Assembly: GCA_015233405.1 (NCBI GenBank)
Contig: JADFXT010000004.1
Span: 36,470-100,469 of the forward strand
Direction of reading: 5' to 3'
Length of the DNA: 64,000 nucleotides
Source of the DNA: Candidatus Omnitrophota bacterium
GTDB lineage: Bacteria > Omnitrophota > Gorgyraeia > Zapsychrales > Zapsychraceae
The notes below the pieces were generated by a model, which was not told where the DNA came from, did no database searches, and saw only the letters and a program-made list of their open reading frames with translations. Position 1 is the stretch's first letter, and each line of letters opens with the position of its first letter. Positions 46,366-55,333 of this stretch are shown piece by piece. The position numbers and the translations under genes were made by a program.

Positions 46366-47877
46366 CTATAAATCATGTCCACAATACGACAAATTAAAAC
46401 TTTTATTACACAGCGGAAAATCCGAGATCTCCTGGCCGCGCATCGCGAGGCTTAAACCAAACCAGTTATGGAACGATGGGTCTTTAATTTTATACCGCGC
46501 AAAACCACCATTTTCATCTGTAATCCCGACGTGCATAATCTCCCCTCGCCATCCTTCCACTAATGATAAGGCCAACGAATCCGGCTTAAGAGCTGGCGGT
46601 TTGACAAAAATCCCGCCTTGCGGCAAAGACGATAAAATTCTTAAAAGGAATTCCAAGGAGCGCACGACTTCCTGACGGCGGACCAAGGCCCGGCCGAAGA
46701 CATCACCGGTCGCGGCCAGGGAAATAGGAATATGCGAGAATTGCCAGAATCCCGACGAATAATCAATGCGGACATCACGCTCCAGACGACAGGCGCGACC
46801 CGCCGGGCCAACGAGACCAATCTTTTTCGCGTTCTCCATAGAGATCGCCCCAACACCTTCAAATCGCGCTAAGACCGAAGGCTTGGTAAATAATAAATTA
46901 CTCACATCTTCAAATTCTTTTTTATACCCTTTAAGTTTACGGCAGAACTCCTCCGCCATCTGACTATCGACATCAAATAACACGCCGCCGGGGCGACACA
47001 ATCCTTTGCCGAAGCGGTTCCCCGTTAACGCCAATAATAAATTCAAATAATCACCGCGCATCCGGCCGAAATATGCGCTCGTCGGCAAGAAGCCCACATC
47101 TGCGCTCATCGCGCCTAAATCTCCGACGTGATTTGAAAGCCGTTCCAGTTCAAGGGCAACTGCGCGAATCGCTTGGGCCTTGGGCGGAATGACGCATCCA
47201 GACAAAGATTCCACCACCTCACAATGGGCGATAGAATGCCCAACAGCGGTGTCTCCGGCGATGGCCTCGCTTAAAAGCGCGCTACGTTTAAAGTCCCGGC
47301 CTCGCATTAAAAGCTCTAGCCCGCGGTGTTGATATCCCAATTGAATCTCAAGGTGCATCACCTCTTCCCCATGGCACTGAAAACGAAAATGCCCCGGCTC
47401 AATAATACCGGCATGGACCGGGCCGACGCCGACCTCATGGACCTCCGGACTCTCGACGGCATAGAAAGAATAAGACCCCGGAATCGGCCGAGACGAAACA
47501 TCGGGCCAAATATCTGCCTTGCCCCGATAATTGGCGTGATAACGTAACGGCTTAAGCCATGGATGACCTTCCGGAATAATTGCCCACTGCTCCGCGACCT
47601 CACGCTCAAACCAATGCGCCTGAATTAAATCTTTGGTTAATGATTCATACTGTGGATGATCCGCCAGAATCCTCGTCGAAAAAACAGTAATTTCAGAATC
47701 TTCGTCCCACCCTAAAAAGGCAAACAGCCGCACACCGCCGTCGACTTCTTCATGTCCAAAGAAATTGACAAGCCTAGCACCTTCTTGGCATTGACTAATG
47801 ATTTTTTCACGGAACAGTTGCACACCCAAGACAGGGATCTCGGATAAAACTATGTTTGCCCCATTAAATAATTTCAT
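46366..47877 (-). CDS. ehrL: Ehr-type complex large subunit (fused NuoC-NuoD / HycE-like) lacking [NiFe] cysteine ligands
   Basis: 503 aa. VGVGPVHAGIIEPGHFRF and LGYQHRGLE are typical of group-4 hydrogenase and NuoD proteins. The N-terminal CxxC position reads SEAIAGDTAVGHS, and the C-terminal DPCxxCxxR position reads NLSYCGHDL at the extreme C-terminus. Confidence 0.85.
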   Translation of the reverse strand: MKLFNGANIVLSEIPVLGVQLFREKIISQCQEGARLVNFFGHEEVDGGVRLFAFLGWDEDSEITVFSTRILADHPQYESLTKDLIQAHWFEREVAEQWAIIPEGHPWLKPLRYHANYRGKADIWPDVSSRPIPGSYSFYAVESPEVHEVGVGPVHAGIIEPGHFRFQCHGEEVMHLEIQLGYQHRGLELLMRGRDFKRSALLSEAIAGDTAVGHSIAHCEVVESLSGCVIPPKAQAIRAVALELERLSNHVGDLGAMSADVGFLPTSAYFGRMRGDYLNLLLALTGNRFGKGLCRPGGVLFDVDSQMAEEFCRKLKGYKKEFEDVSNLLFTKPSVLARFEGVGAISMENAKKIGLVGPAGRACRLERDVRIDYSSGFWQFSHIPISLAATGDVFGRALVRRQEVVRSLEFLLRILSSLPQGGIFVKPPALKPDSLALSLVEGWRGEIMHVGITDENGGFARYKIKDPSFHNWFGLSLAMRGQEISDFPLCNKSFNLSYCGHDL

Positions 47878-47909
47878 AATTTCTTACCTTGTTTCTTTCA
47901 TTTCAATTT

Positions 47910-49322
47910 TTATATCCTGACAAGCGCGACAGCGTCATTAAGAACTTTGGTTAAAATATCCGGCATCCATAAGCCCAACCCAAGCGAGATGATCATGGCG
48001 ACGGCAATGGCCGCGTTCATCAAGAAATTTTCCTTCGCAGGAAGAACGGGCTGCGTGGGCTTTCCCAAAGCCATCTCGAGGACGATTCGTAAAACGCCGA
48101 TAAACATCACCAAAATCCCGCCCAAATAGACAAGCGCCAAAAGATAATGCCCGGATAAAACCGCGGCATTAAGGATCATCAATTCGCTATGGAATGTTGC
48201 AAAAGGGAACATCCCCGTCCCGGCGAGAAATCCGGCGATCAGAAGCACGCCGGTGACCGGATACAGGTGAATGACACCTTTAACCTCTGTTGCGCGGGAG
48301 GAGCCGTATTTCTGGGCCAAAGAACCGGCGGCTAAAAAAGCCGCGACCTTGGCAACGGCATTATTGATCATATGAAAAAAAGCTCCAAAAATCCCGACCG
48401 GGCCTAATCCTAGCCCCAAAACGAGGATCCCCATATGCTCGACGGAAGAATAGGCGAACGCCCGCTTGATATTCCCTTCGCCCAAAATAAAAATCGCCGG
48501 AGCCACCAAGGATAGTGCCCCTGTGACAATCAAAATGGAGGCGTAAAATTCGCTTAACCCCGTCTTGGCACAAATCTGGCTGACACGAATTAATGCTAAA
48601 AAAGAACATTGTGTTAGAGCCCCTGACATCAACGCCGCAATCATCCCCGGTGCCTGTCCATAGGCCTCGGGTTTCCAACTGTGCATCGGCGCCAGCCCCA
48701 TTTTACATCCATACCCGACGAGCAAAAAAATAACGCTTAACTTAAGCCAATTGACCGACAACATTTTCGCCCCGCTTAAAAGCACAGGCAAAAGAAGCGT
48801 GTGCACATCATGCGCCGCAATGGCCAAAAAAAATGTTCCTAACAAAGCCAGGGCTATGCCGACGGAACAAACCAGTAAATATTTCCATGTGGCCTCCAGA
48901 CTTTCTGGGTTACGGTGAAAACTGATCAAAGGTGCGCTAAACAGCGTCGTCGCTTCGATCGCTACCCATAAAAGCCCCATGTGCCGGCTCACGGAAACAA
49001 GCGTCATCGTTGACAAAAGCAAAAGTAAACACGCCACAAACGTCCGGGTCCTTCGTTGTTCATGGTGGAAATATCCAACCATATAAACCGAGACGCTTAA
49101 AAAGAGGAAGCTGACAATGGATAGGACAATAAGGCCTATCGCATCGAGCATCAAGAATCCATTAATTTCCGACGGAGGATTGACCTTCCAAAATGAGGCG
49201 ACGATCATCGCATGGACCAAAGACACCGCGCACAAGATGCGTACCCTTAAACGACGCTCCATTGGAAGAAAAACAACTAACCCGCAAACAAAAGGAATTA
49301 AAATTAAAACAGATAGCATCAA
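47910..49322 (-). CDS. ehrD: Ehr-type antiporter-like subunit (NuoM/NuoN/HyfF-like)
   Basis: 470 aa with about 14 TM. SSVEHMGILVLGLG and FHMINNAVAKVAAFLAAG are typical of Mrp/NuoMN-type subunits. Confidence 0.85.
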   Translation of the reverse strand: MMLSVLILIPFVCGLVVFLPMERRLRVRILCAVSLVHAMIVASFWKVNPPSEINGFLMLDAIGLIVLSIVSFLFLSVSVYMVGYFHHEQRRTRTFVACLLLLLSTMTLVSVSRHMGLLWVAIEATTLFSAPLISFHRNPESLEATWKYLLVCSVGIALALLGTFFLAIAAHDVHTLLLPVLLSGAKMLSVNWLKLSVIFLLVGYGCKMGLAPMHSWKPEAYGQAPGMIAALMSGALTQCSFLALIRVSQICAKTGLSEFYASILIVTGALSLVAPAIFILGEGNIKRAFAYSSVEHMGILVLGLGLGPVGIFGAFFHMINNAVAKVAAFLAAGSLAQKYGSSRATEVKGVIHLYPVTGVLLIAGFLAGTGMFPFATFHSELMILNAAVLSGHYLLALVYLGGILVMFIGVLRIVLEMALGKPTQPVLPAKENFLMNAAIAVAMIISLGLGLWMPDILTKVLNDAVALVRI

Positions 49323-49972
49323 AGAGTCTCTCCCATCTTAGTCCTTCTTAGCGAAGCCGGCGCGTGTTCAAACTCCTCATTGATATGATTGACAACAATC
49401 GCCATGATAAAAACAGCGACGAAAATATCCAGCAAGATCCCCATTTCGATCAACGTCGGCATGGCATCAAACAAAGATAAGGCAAAAAGAAAAATCCCGT
49501 TTTCCATAACGAGATATCCCAAGACCTGGGTGATGGCCTTGGTCCGGGTGACGATAATCATAAATCCTAATAACACTGTCGAGAGCGAACAGGGAATGAC
49601 CAAATCCGATATGAGTTTTCCCGGCAATTTGAGAGACGACGCGACCCAAAAGGCGCCAGCGATCAAAAAAGTCCCGCAGATGATCGACGTGCCGAAGCCG
49701 ATAAATGGCTTGACCTCAGAACGCATCGACATATGCCGGATGGCCCAAAATAAAATATACGGTGCGACAATCGCCTTTAAAACCAGCGTGGCCAAAACAA
49801 GCATCACATCCCGTCCCGTGAGCGCATCCGCATGCAGGAAAAACGGAACAAAGCTTAAGACAAAAGATTGCACGACGAAGATATGAATCATACCGGTAAT
49901 CCGGTATGTGGCCAAAATCGACAAGGCTAAAAACACAACTAAAATGCAGCTCGTATCAATCCAGGTTGTCAT
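49319..49972 (-). CDS. ehrC: Ehr-type small membrane subunit (HyfE-like)
   Basis: 217 aa polytopic membrane protein, matching HyfE in size and position. 4-nt overlap with the next gene. Confidence 0.7.
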   Translation of the reverse strand: MTTWIDTSCILVVFLALSILATYRITGMIHIFVVQSFVLSFVPFFLHADALTGRDVMLVLATLVLKAIVAPYILFWAIRHMSMRSEVKPFIGFGTSIICGTFLIAGAFWVASSLKLPGKLISDLVIPCSLSTVLLGFMIIVTRTKAITQVLGYLVMENGIFLFALSLFDAMPTLIEMGILLDIFVAVFIMAIVVNHINEEFEHAPASLRRTKMGETL

Positions 49973-49994
49973 GTCTTCCTTTCCGAAAGAGGAT

Positions 49995-50918
49995 TTATCC
50001 TCTCCATAATCTTACGATAAAACCAAAAAATGCCAGCGCAAAGGCGATGAGAAGAAGATTCGTTACGCGATTAAGACGTAACCTCGCCATACCGGACTCG
50101 ACCAAACCGATAAAGATCGCAATTCCCAGCATCCCAACGACAAAAATCAAGGTGTCCATCAACCCATGCCCTGTGTGGATGGGCAAAAGAATCGGGACCA
50201 AAATGCCGCCGAAAAGAAAAAGCTTGGCCGCAGCGCCATAAAGCATGTAGGCCAAATCAACACCACTATGGTCTAAGATCATCACTTCATGAATCATGGT
50301 CAACTCCAAATGCGTCGACGGGTCATCTACGGGAATCCGGCAATTTTCCGCCAAGATCACAATAAAAAAACTCGAGACCACCAGAAGAAGCGTTGGTCCC
50401 ATCAACTTCCAAGAGAGCGGGATCTCTGCGCCGATCATGCCGGATAAAGATATCTGATGAGCCACCAAGACGAGCGTCACAAAATTCATAAAGATCGTCA
50501 GCTCCGATAAACAGGAAAAAAACGCCTCACGGCTCGCGCCCATCCCTTCAAAACTAGAACCGGTATCTAACGCCGCGACAATCATAAAGAACCGTGCTAA
50601 CCCAAAAAGATACGCCACAAGAAAAATGTCGCCGGAAAACCTCACCGGGGCTTTAAACGCGCCAAAAGGAATCATTAAAGATACCGCTAAGACAGAAGCG
50701 AAAACAACGATCGGTGCGGCGCGAAAAATCCACGTTGTCGTATGACTGTAGACACATTTCTTCTGAAAAAGTTTCGCCAGGTCAAAATAAGGCTGAAACA
50801 CCGACGGGCCGACCCTGCCACCGAAGAATGCCTTGACCCGGGTAATCACACCAAGGAAAAAAGGTGAAAACAAAAGCACCATCAGCCAATGCCATAAAAT
50901 AGAAAATATAATGTTCAC
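49995..50918 (-). CDS. ehrB: Ehr-type NuoH / HycD-like membrane subunit
   Basis: 307 aa with 8 TM. GTG start preceded by AAAGGA. Shows the NuoH/HycD pattern (FFGGRVGPSVFQPYFDLAKLF.K, EAFFSCLSE, ENCRIPVDDP, ELTMIHE). Confidence 0.85.
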   Translation of the reverse strand: MNIIFSILWHWLMVLLFSPFFLGVITRVKAFFGGRVGPSVFQPYFDLAKLFQKKCVYSHTTTWIFRAAPIVVFASVLAVSLMIPFGAFKAPVRFSGDIFLVAYLFGLARFFMIVAALDTGSSFEGMGASREAFFSCLSELTIFMNFVTLVLVAHQISLSGMIGAEIPLSWKLMGPTLLLVVSSFFIVILAENCRIPVDDPSTHLELTMIHEVMILDHSGVDLAYMLYGAAAKLFLFGGILVPILLPIHTGHGLMDTLIFVVGMLGIAIFIGLVESGMARLRLNRVTNLLLIAFALAFFGFIVRLWRG

Positions 50919-50931
50919 GAGGTCCTTTCGC

Positions 50932-52776
50932 CTATCCTCTCATTTTCCAAACCAGTAAAAAAATGAGAAATACAAATATATAGATCAAATAGATCTGCGT
51001 ATACCGAATGCTTTTTTCATCAATTCTTTTAGACAAATTTCTCAAACGGGTAAAAACCGGGCGGAACAAATAATCTTCAGACGCGTCATGAACATGAGAC
51101 GACATTTGGGCCTTTTGAGGAAATTCTCCGGAAACCTCTCCCCCATAGCGTCGGAACAATAAAGTATTTCTAAAATATTGAACAATCGGACGGGCAAATG
51201 ACGAAGAGGTGTACTGCAATTTTGAAGAAAGCTGTGTGAACCCGCAGCTCCAGGTCTCGCTCGTCGGCATAGGCTCTTTACCCAAAAGCCATCGACGGAC
51301 AAAAACCAACATAATGATTAGCGCCAAAAGCACAAAGGCCGTGCCATTGATGATCGAAAGGGGATTAAGGATTTTCCCTAAATAAAACGCCGACGGCTCC
51401 ATATGCGCCAAAAAATTCCCACCCATAAAAGTTAGTCGGGCCATGACAGCAGGCATAAGGCCGATCCAAATGCATAATCCCGCTAGAAGGAACATCGGCG
51501 CCATCATCCACGCAGAAACTTCTTCTGTTCCTTTTGTTTCAATACTCGAACGTGGATTCCCTAAAAAAACAATCCCATAGACTTTGGTAAAACAGGCCAA
51601 GGCGAGCGCACCGATTAAGGCCAGCGATAGAATCCCTAAAACAAAAAACACAACACCCTGTAATGGGAGTGCCAAGACGCCCTGAAAAAGTCCGAAGTAA
51701 ATCATAAACTCGCTGATAAAACCATTAAATAACGGCAGCCCACAGATCGAAAGCGCACCGACGAGAAATAGAGTGCTGGTTAGAGGCATGATCTTCGCTA
51801 CCCCTCCCAATTTATCGATTTCGCCGGTGTGCATCTTTTGAATCACCGCGCCTGCTCCTAAAAATAAAAGCCCTTTAAAGATCGCGTGATTAATGACATG
51901 AAGAAGTGCTCCGGCAAATCCTAAAGCTGCGATAAAAGGCTGGTGATAGCTTCTGCCTAATAATCCGACGCCAAGACCTAAGGCAATGATCCCGATATTC
52001 TCGATGCTGTGATACGCCAAAAGTCTTTTGATCTCGTGCTGGCCTAAGGCATAAAGAACACCCATCACGCCGGAGACAATCCCGATGGTCAAAAGAACAT
52101 ATCCGCACCAATTAGGGAAGATTCCCATGATCCATAAGACGCGGCAGATGCCGTAAATCCCGATTTTAATGGTAACACCCGATAAAAACGCAGAAACATG
52201 CGACGGCGCCGCTGGATGGGCATGCGGCAGCCAGATATGCATGGGCAAAAACCCAGCCTTGACGCCGGACCCAATAATCGCCAGAAAAAAAATAATGCCT
52301 GCCAGCGCCGGAGAAAAAGTTGTGTGGGCCATCACAGTAAAATCCATGGAACCGGCCGTGCGCGCCATCAGAAAGAACATTAAAAACAGGCAGAACGTCC
52401 CGCAGTGCGTGGCAATAAGATATAAGAATCCAGCTCGACGAACAGAAGGCTTCTCATCGTGAAAGACAATCAAAAAATAAGTCGCAATCGACATCAATTC
52501 CCATGCGCACAAAAACAAAATCACATTATTAGCCGTAACAACCAACCCGATCGCCACCGCCAATAACAGAAAGAAGAAAGCGTGCGCTTTAAGCGATCGC
52601 GCCCCTTGATAGGAACGCATATACCCGACGCCATAAATCCCGGCGCAGAGTGTCAGAATAATAATGGCCGTCAGAAATATCAGGCTTAACGGGTCAAGCT
52701 TAAGCGTAAACTCGCCAAAAGGCACATGCCATGGGAATTGAATGATTTTTTCCATATTCTCAACCTTCACAATCAC
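50932..52776 (-). CDS. ehrA: Ehr-type antiporter-like subunit (NuoL / HyfB / HycC-like)
   Basis: 614 aa. WELMSIATYFLI, WLPHAHPAAPSHVSAFLSG, LLAYHSIENIG, HVINHAIFKGLLFLGAG. The ORF track start is GTG 52776, a 4-nt overlap with the upstream gene. ATG 52755, preceded by AAGGTTGAG, is an alternative. Confidence 0.85.
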   Translation of the reverse strand: MIVKVENMEKIIQFPWHVPFGEFTLKLDPLSLIFLTAIIILTLCAGIYGVGYMRSYQGARSLKAHAFFFLLLAVAIGLVVTANNVILFLCAWELMSIATYFLIVFHDEKPSVRRAGFLYLIATHCGTFCLFLMFFLMARTAGSMDFTVMAHTTFSPALAGIIFFLAIIGSGVKAGFLPMHIWLPHAHPAAPSHVSAFLSGVTIKIGIYGICRVLWIMGIFPNWCGYVLLTIGIVSGVMGVLYALGQHEIKRLLAYHSIENIGIIALGLGVGLLGRSYHQPFIAALGFAGALLHVINHAIFKGLLFLGAGAVIQKMHTGEIDKLGGVAKIMPLTSTLFLVGALSICGLPLFNGFISEFMIYFGLFQGVLALPLQGVVFFVLGILSLALIGALALACFTKVYGIVFLGNPRSSIETKGTEEVSAWMMAPMFLLAGLCIWIGLMPAVMARLTFMGGNFLAHMEPSAFYLGKILNPLSIINGTAFVLLALIIMLVFVRRWLLGKEPMPTSETWSCGFTQLSSKLQYTSSSFARPIVQYFRNTLLFRRYGGEVSGEFPQKAQMSSHVHDASEDYLFRPVFTRLRNLSKRIDEKSIRYTQIYLIYIFVFLIFLLVWKMRG

Positions 52777-53453
52777 TGCCTGACGATTTTCGATTCAACG
52801 ACCTGAAATGCTGCCAAGACCTCTTCCTGATTCCGATAACCATGCAAAGCCGTTTTAAAATGTTCATCCTGTAAACAAAACGCCAGACGAGACAATAAAG
52901 ACAAATGCTCTTTAAAGGAGGCAGACAAGATCACAAAAAGGGTATGAATATTTTGACCGTCTAAAGCGGCAAAATCAATGGGCGTTTCCAGAAAAAACAA
53001 CCCCACCATCGGTTCCATGCCGGCCAAGACAACAGGATGTTTAATGTGCGGAATGGCGATGCCGTCCCCGACGCCGGTTGTGCCCATCTGTTCACGGGAC
53101 AAAAGCATGTCTTTTAGAAATAGCCGCGGAATATGTATTGGTAATGGGAGGAATTCCAAAATCTTTTCAAGGATATCTTCTCGGCGATTTCCCTTAATGT
53201 CCCAATAAACCCCGCCGCGCATCAAAGCCGGCGTTAAGAGATCCTGGCCCAAGCGTTTTTTCTCACAAAGCTTAAGCGCGCCCGGTGTTAAAGGAATACG
53301 CGACTTCAGCGCCCATTCCAAGACTTCGATAGGATTAAAATAATATTGGTCATCAGCTTTCACGGCCGGCATTTTCCCGACGTTAAGCCAATGATAGAGG
53401 GTTTTTTCTTCGACCTCAAAGGCTTCTTGAACTTCATGAAAAGTCAGTTGCAT
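52773..53453 (-). CDS. HTH (excisionase/MerR-like) + PTS EIIA type-2 (PtsN-like) domain protein
   Basis: 226 aa. N-terminal TFHEVQEAFEVEEKTLYHWLNVGKMPAVK (HTH_17-like). The C-terminal EIIA-2 pattern has conserved His in GDGIAIPHIKHP and LFVILSA. Confidence 0.8.
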   Translation of the reverse strand: MQLTFHEVQEAFEVEEKTLYHWLNVGKMPAVKADDQYYFNPIEVLEWALKSRIPLTPGALKLCEKKRLGQDLLTPALMRGGVYWDIKGNRREDILEKILEFLPLPIHIPRLFLKDMLLSREQMGTTGVGDGIAIPHIKHPVVLAGMEPMVGLFFLETPIDFAALDGQNIHTLFVILSASFKEHLSLLSRLAFCLQDEHFKTALHGYRNQEEVLAAFQVVESKIVRQ

Positions 53454-53473
53454 ATTAAACGCCCCTGGTAAGA

Positions 53474-55126
53474 CTAATTCTTTTCTTGGAGTAGCTCATT
53501 GGCCCGAGCGATGGCCGGCTTCATTGCCGAGAAGACATTATCTTCTCCTATCATATCATAAAGGTGGCTCTTGACCATTTCATTGAGCGGCTGAACATGA
53601 AGCCCGGTGACAATCAAATGAATACGGCTGTTTTTGCACTTCTCATAAAAACTCCTTAAAGCATGCATACCCGTCGAGTCAATCAAAGGAACATCACGGA
53701 ACCGTAAGATACGCACCCCTGGTTTTTCATTGACCTGCCGGTCAATTTCATCAAAATGGTTCGCGGCACCAAAAAAAAGCGGCCCGTTGATTTCATAAAC
53801 CCGCACGCCCGGAGGCACGACAATTGCCGACAAGGGCTGGTCCTCGCCATCCTCATTTTCAAATTCCTTGGCCATGACTTTAATCGTGGTGGCGTCCGAC
53901 ATACGTTTCATAAAAATGAATGCCGACATAACAACCCCGACTTCGATCGCCGCATTTAAATCGACAAACACCGTAAGAAAAAATGTCGTCAAAAGTACCA
54001 TGCGCCCGCCGGTGGACCACTTCAGTAATTCACGAAACGAACGCCATTCGCTCATATGATACGCCACAACGACCAATATCCCGGCGAGGCATGCCAGCGG
54101 CACAAACTTAATCCAGGCGCCTAGAAATAGCATAATCAAAAGTACCGTTATCGCATGGACAATGCCAGCAACCGGAGTTCTTCCGCCGTTTTTAATATTC
54201 GTCACGGTCCGGGCAATCGCGCCCGTTGCCGGAATGCCGCCAAAAAGCGCAGAACCAATATTAGCAACTCCCTGCCCGATCAATTCAGTGTTCGAACGAT
54301 GTTTTCCGCCGATCATCCCGTCGGAAACGATCGCGGAAAGAAGTGATTCAATGGCCCCTAAAATGGCAATGGTAAAAGCCGGCTGAAAAAGTTCCTGGAT
54401 CCTTTTAAGCCCGAACGCGGGAAAATGCGGGGCTGGTAATGTGTGCGGCAAATCCCCAAAACGGCTGCCGATCGTCTCAACGGGAAGACGAAAAAATGCC
54501 GACAGTGCAGAAACAGAAATTAGGGCCACCAGCGCACCTGGGATTTTTCTCGAAACCTTCGGCCAAATGGCAATGATCAAAACGGTCAACATGGCTAACA
54601 TAAAAGCGTCATAATTGATGGTCCCAATATTTCCAATAAACAGACGCCATTTCTCCAAAAATTCAGCAGGAATTTTTCCAGTCGTTAATCCCAAGAAATC
54701 TTTCACCTGGGACGAAAAAATAATCATCGCAATTCCGCTCGTAAATCCGACAATGACCGAATGCGGAATAAATTTAACAATGGATCCAAACCGCACCACT
54801 CCCATAATGATCAAGATGACACCGGCCATCAACGTCGCGATCACAAGTCCGTCTATCCCATATTTTTGAACAATACCGTAAACAATAACGACAAATGCGC
54901 CCGTCGGGCCTCCGATCTGCACGCGGCTTCCGCCTAAAACGGAAATAAAAAACCCGGCGATAATGGCGGTAAAAAGTCCTTTATCCGGTGAAACCCCCGA
55001 GGCAATGGCAAATGCGATCGCCAAAGGAATCGCAACAACGCCGACAATCATGCCAGCGATACAATCCGTGATAAATTTTTCTTTAGAATAATCTTTAAGA
55101 CAAGTGAATAACTTTGGAGCAAACAT
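53474..55126 (-). CDS. SulP/SLC26-family anion transporter with C-terminal STAS domain
   Basis: 550 aa. DCIAGMIVGVVAIPLAIAFAIASGVSP, the GGPTGAFVVIVYG blocks, and a C-terminal STAS domain (VRVYEINGPLFFGAANHF...ILRFRDVPLIDSTGMHAL). Confidence 0.9.
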   Translation of the reverse strand: MFAPKLFTCLKDYSKEKFITDCIAGMIVGVVAIPLAIAFAIASGVSPDKGLFTAIIAGFFISVLGGSRVQIGGPTGAFVVIVYGIVQKYGIDGLVIATLMAGVILIIMGVVRFGSIVKFIPHSVIVGFTSGIAMIIFSSQVKDFLGLTTGKIPAEFLEKWRLFIGNIGTINYDAFMLAMLTVLIIAIWPKVSRKIPGALVALISVSALSAFFRLPVETIGSRFGDLPHTLPAPHFPAFGLKRIQELFQPAFTIAILGAIESLLSAIVSDGMIGGKHRSNTELIGQGVANIGSALFGGIPATGAIARTVTNIKNGGRTPVAGIVHAITVLLIMLFLGAWIKFVPLACLAGILVVVAYHMSEWRSFRELLKWSTGGRMVLLTTFFLTVFVDLNAAIEVGVVMSAFIFMKRMSDATTIKVMAKEFENEDGEDQPLSAIVVPPGVRVYEINGPLFFGAANHFDEIDRQVNEKPGVRILRFRDVPLIDSTGMHALRSFYEKCKNSRIHLIVTGLHVQPLNEMVKSHLYDMIGEDNVFSAMKPAIARANELLQEKN

Positions 55127-55172
55127 CGTGGACCCTTTCTAGAGAAGCTTTCCTTCCCCTTAAAATGAAAGA

Positions 55173-55193
55173 CCCTGATTTCAAAACTCAGGG
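55173..55193 (-). promoter_or_regulatory. Hairpin in SulP leader (weak terminator/attenuator candidate)
   Basis: On the minus strand, CCCTGA-GTTTTGAAA-TCAGGG followed by TCTTTCATTTT. A second CCCTGA copy lies about 45 nt upstream in the same leader (GGCTCCCTGAAG). Confidence 0.35.
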
Positions 55194-55282
55194 CCTTATT
55201 CTCTTTTTAAATTTTTTTCTGATAACTAACTTCAGGGAGCCTGGGTGGTATCCTGCAAAAGTTTAATCTCTACTTAAAAAAT

Positions 55283-55310
55283 ATTATAACTCGATTCTGT
55301 TTGCTGTAAA
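55283..55310 (-). promoter_or_regulatory. Candidate sigma70 promoter for SulP-EIIA-Ehr operon
   Basis: On the minus strand, TTTACA - 16 nt - TATAAT. It lies about 155 nt upstream of the SulP ATG (55126) and just after the stop of the upstream 80-aa ORF. Confidence 0.5.
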
Positions 55311-55333
55311 TAAGAATTCAACATTCTTAAAGA

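Noticed and set aside
46366-47877. Annotating the 503-aa protein as a functional [NiFe] hydrogenase / formate hydrogenlyase large subunit (HycE).
   Set aside because: Both Cys pairs that ligate the NiFe site are replaced (AGDTAVGHS and NLSYCGHDL). No HycF-like subunit, formate dehydrogenase or hyp genes are nearby. It is called Ehr-type instead.
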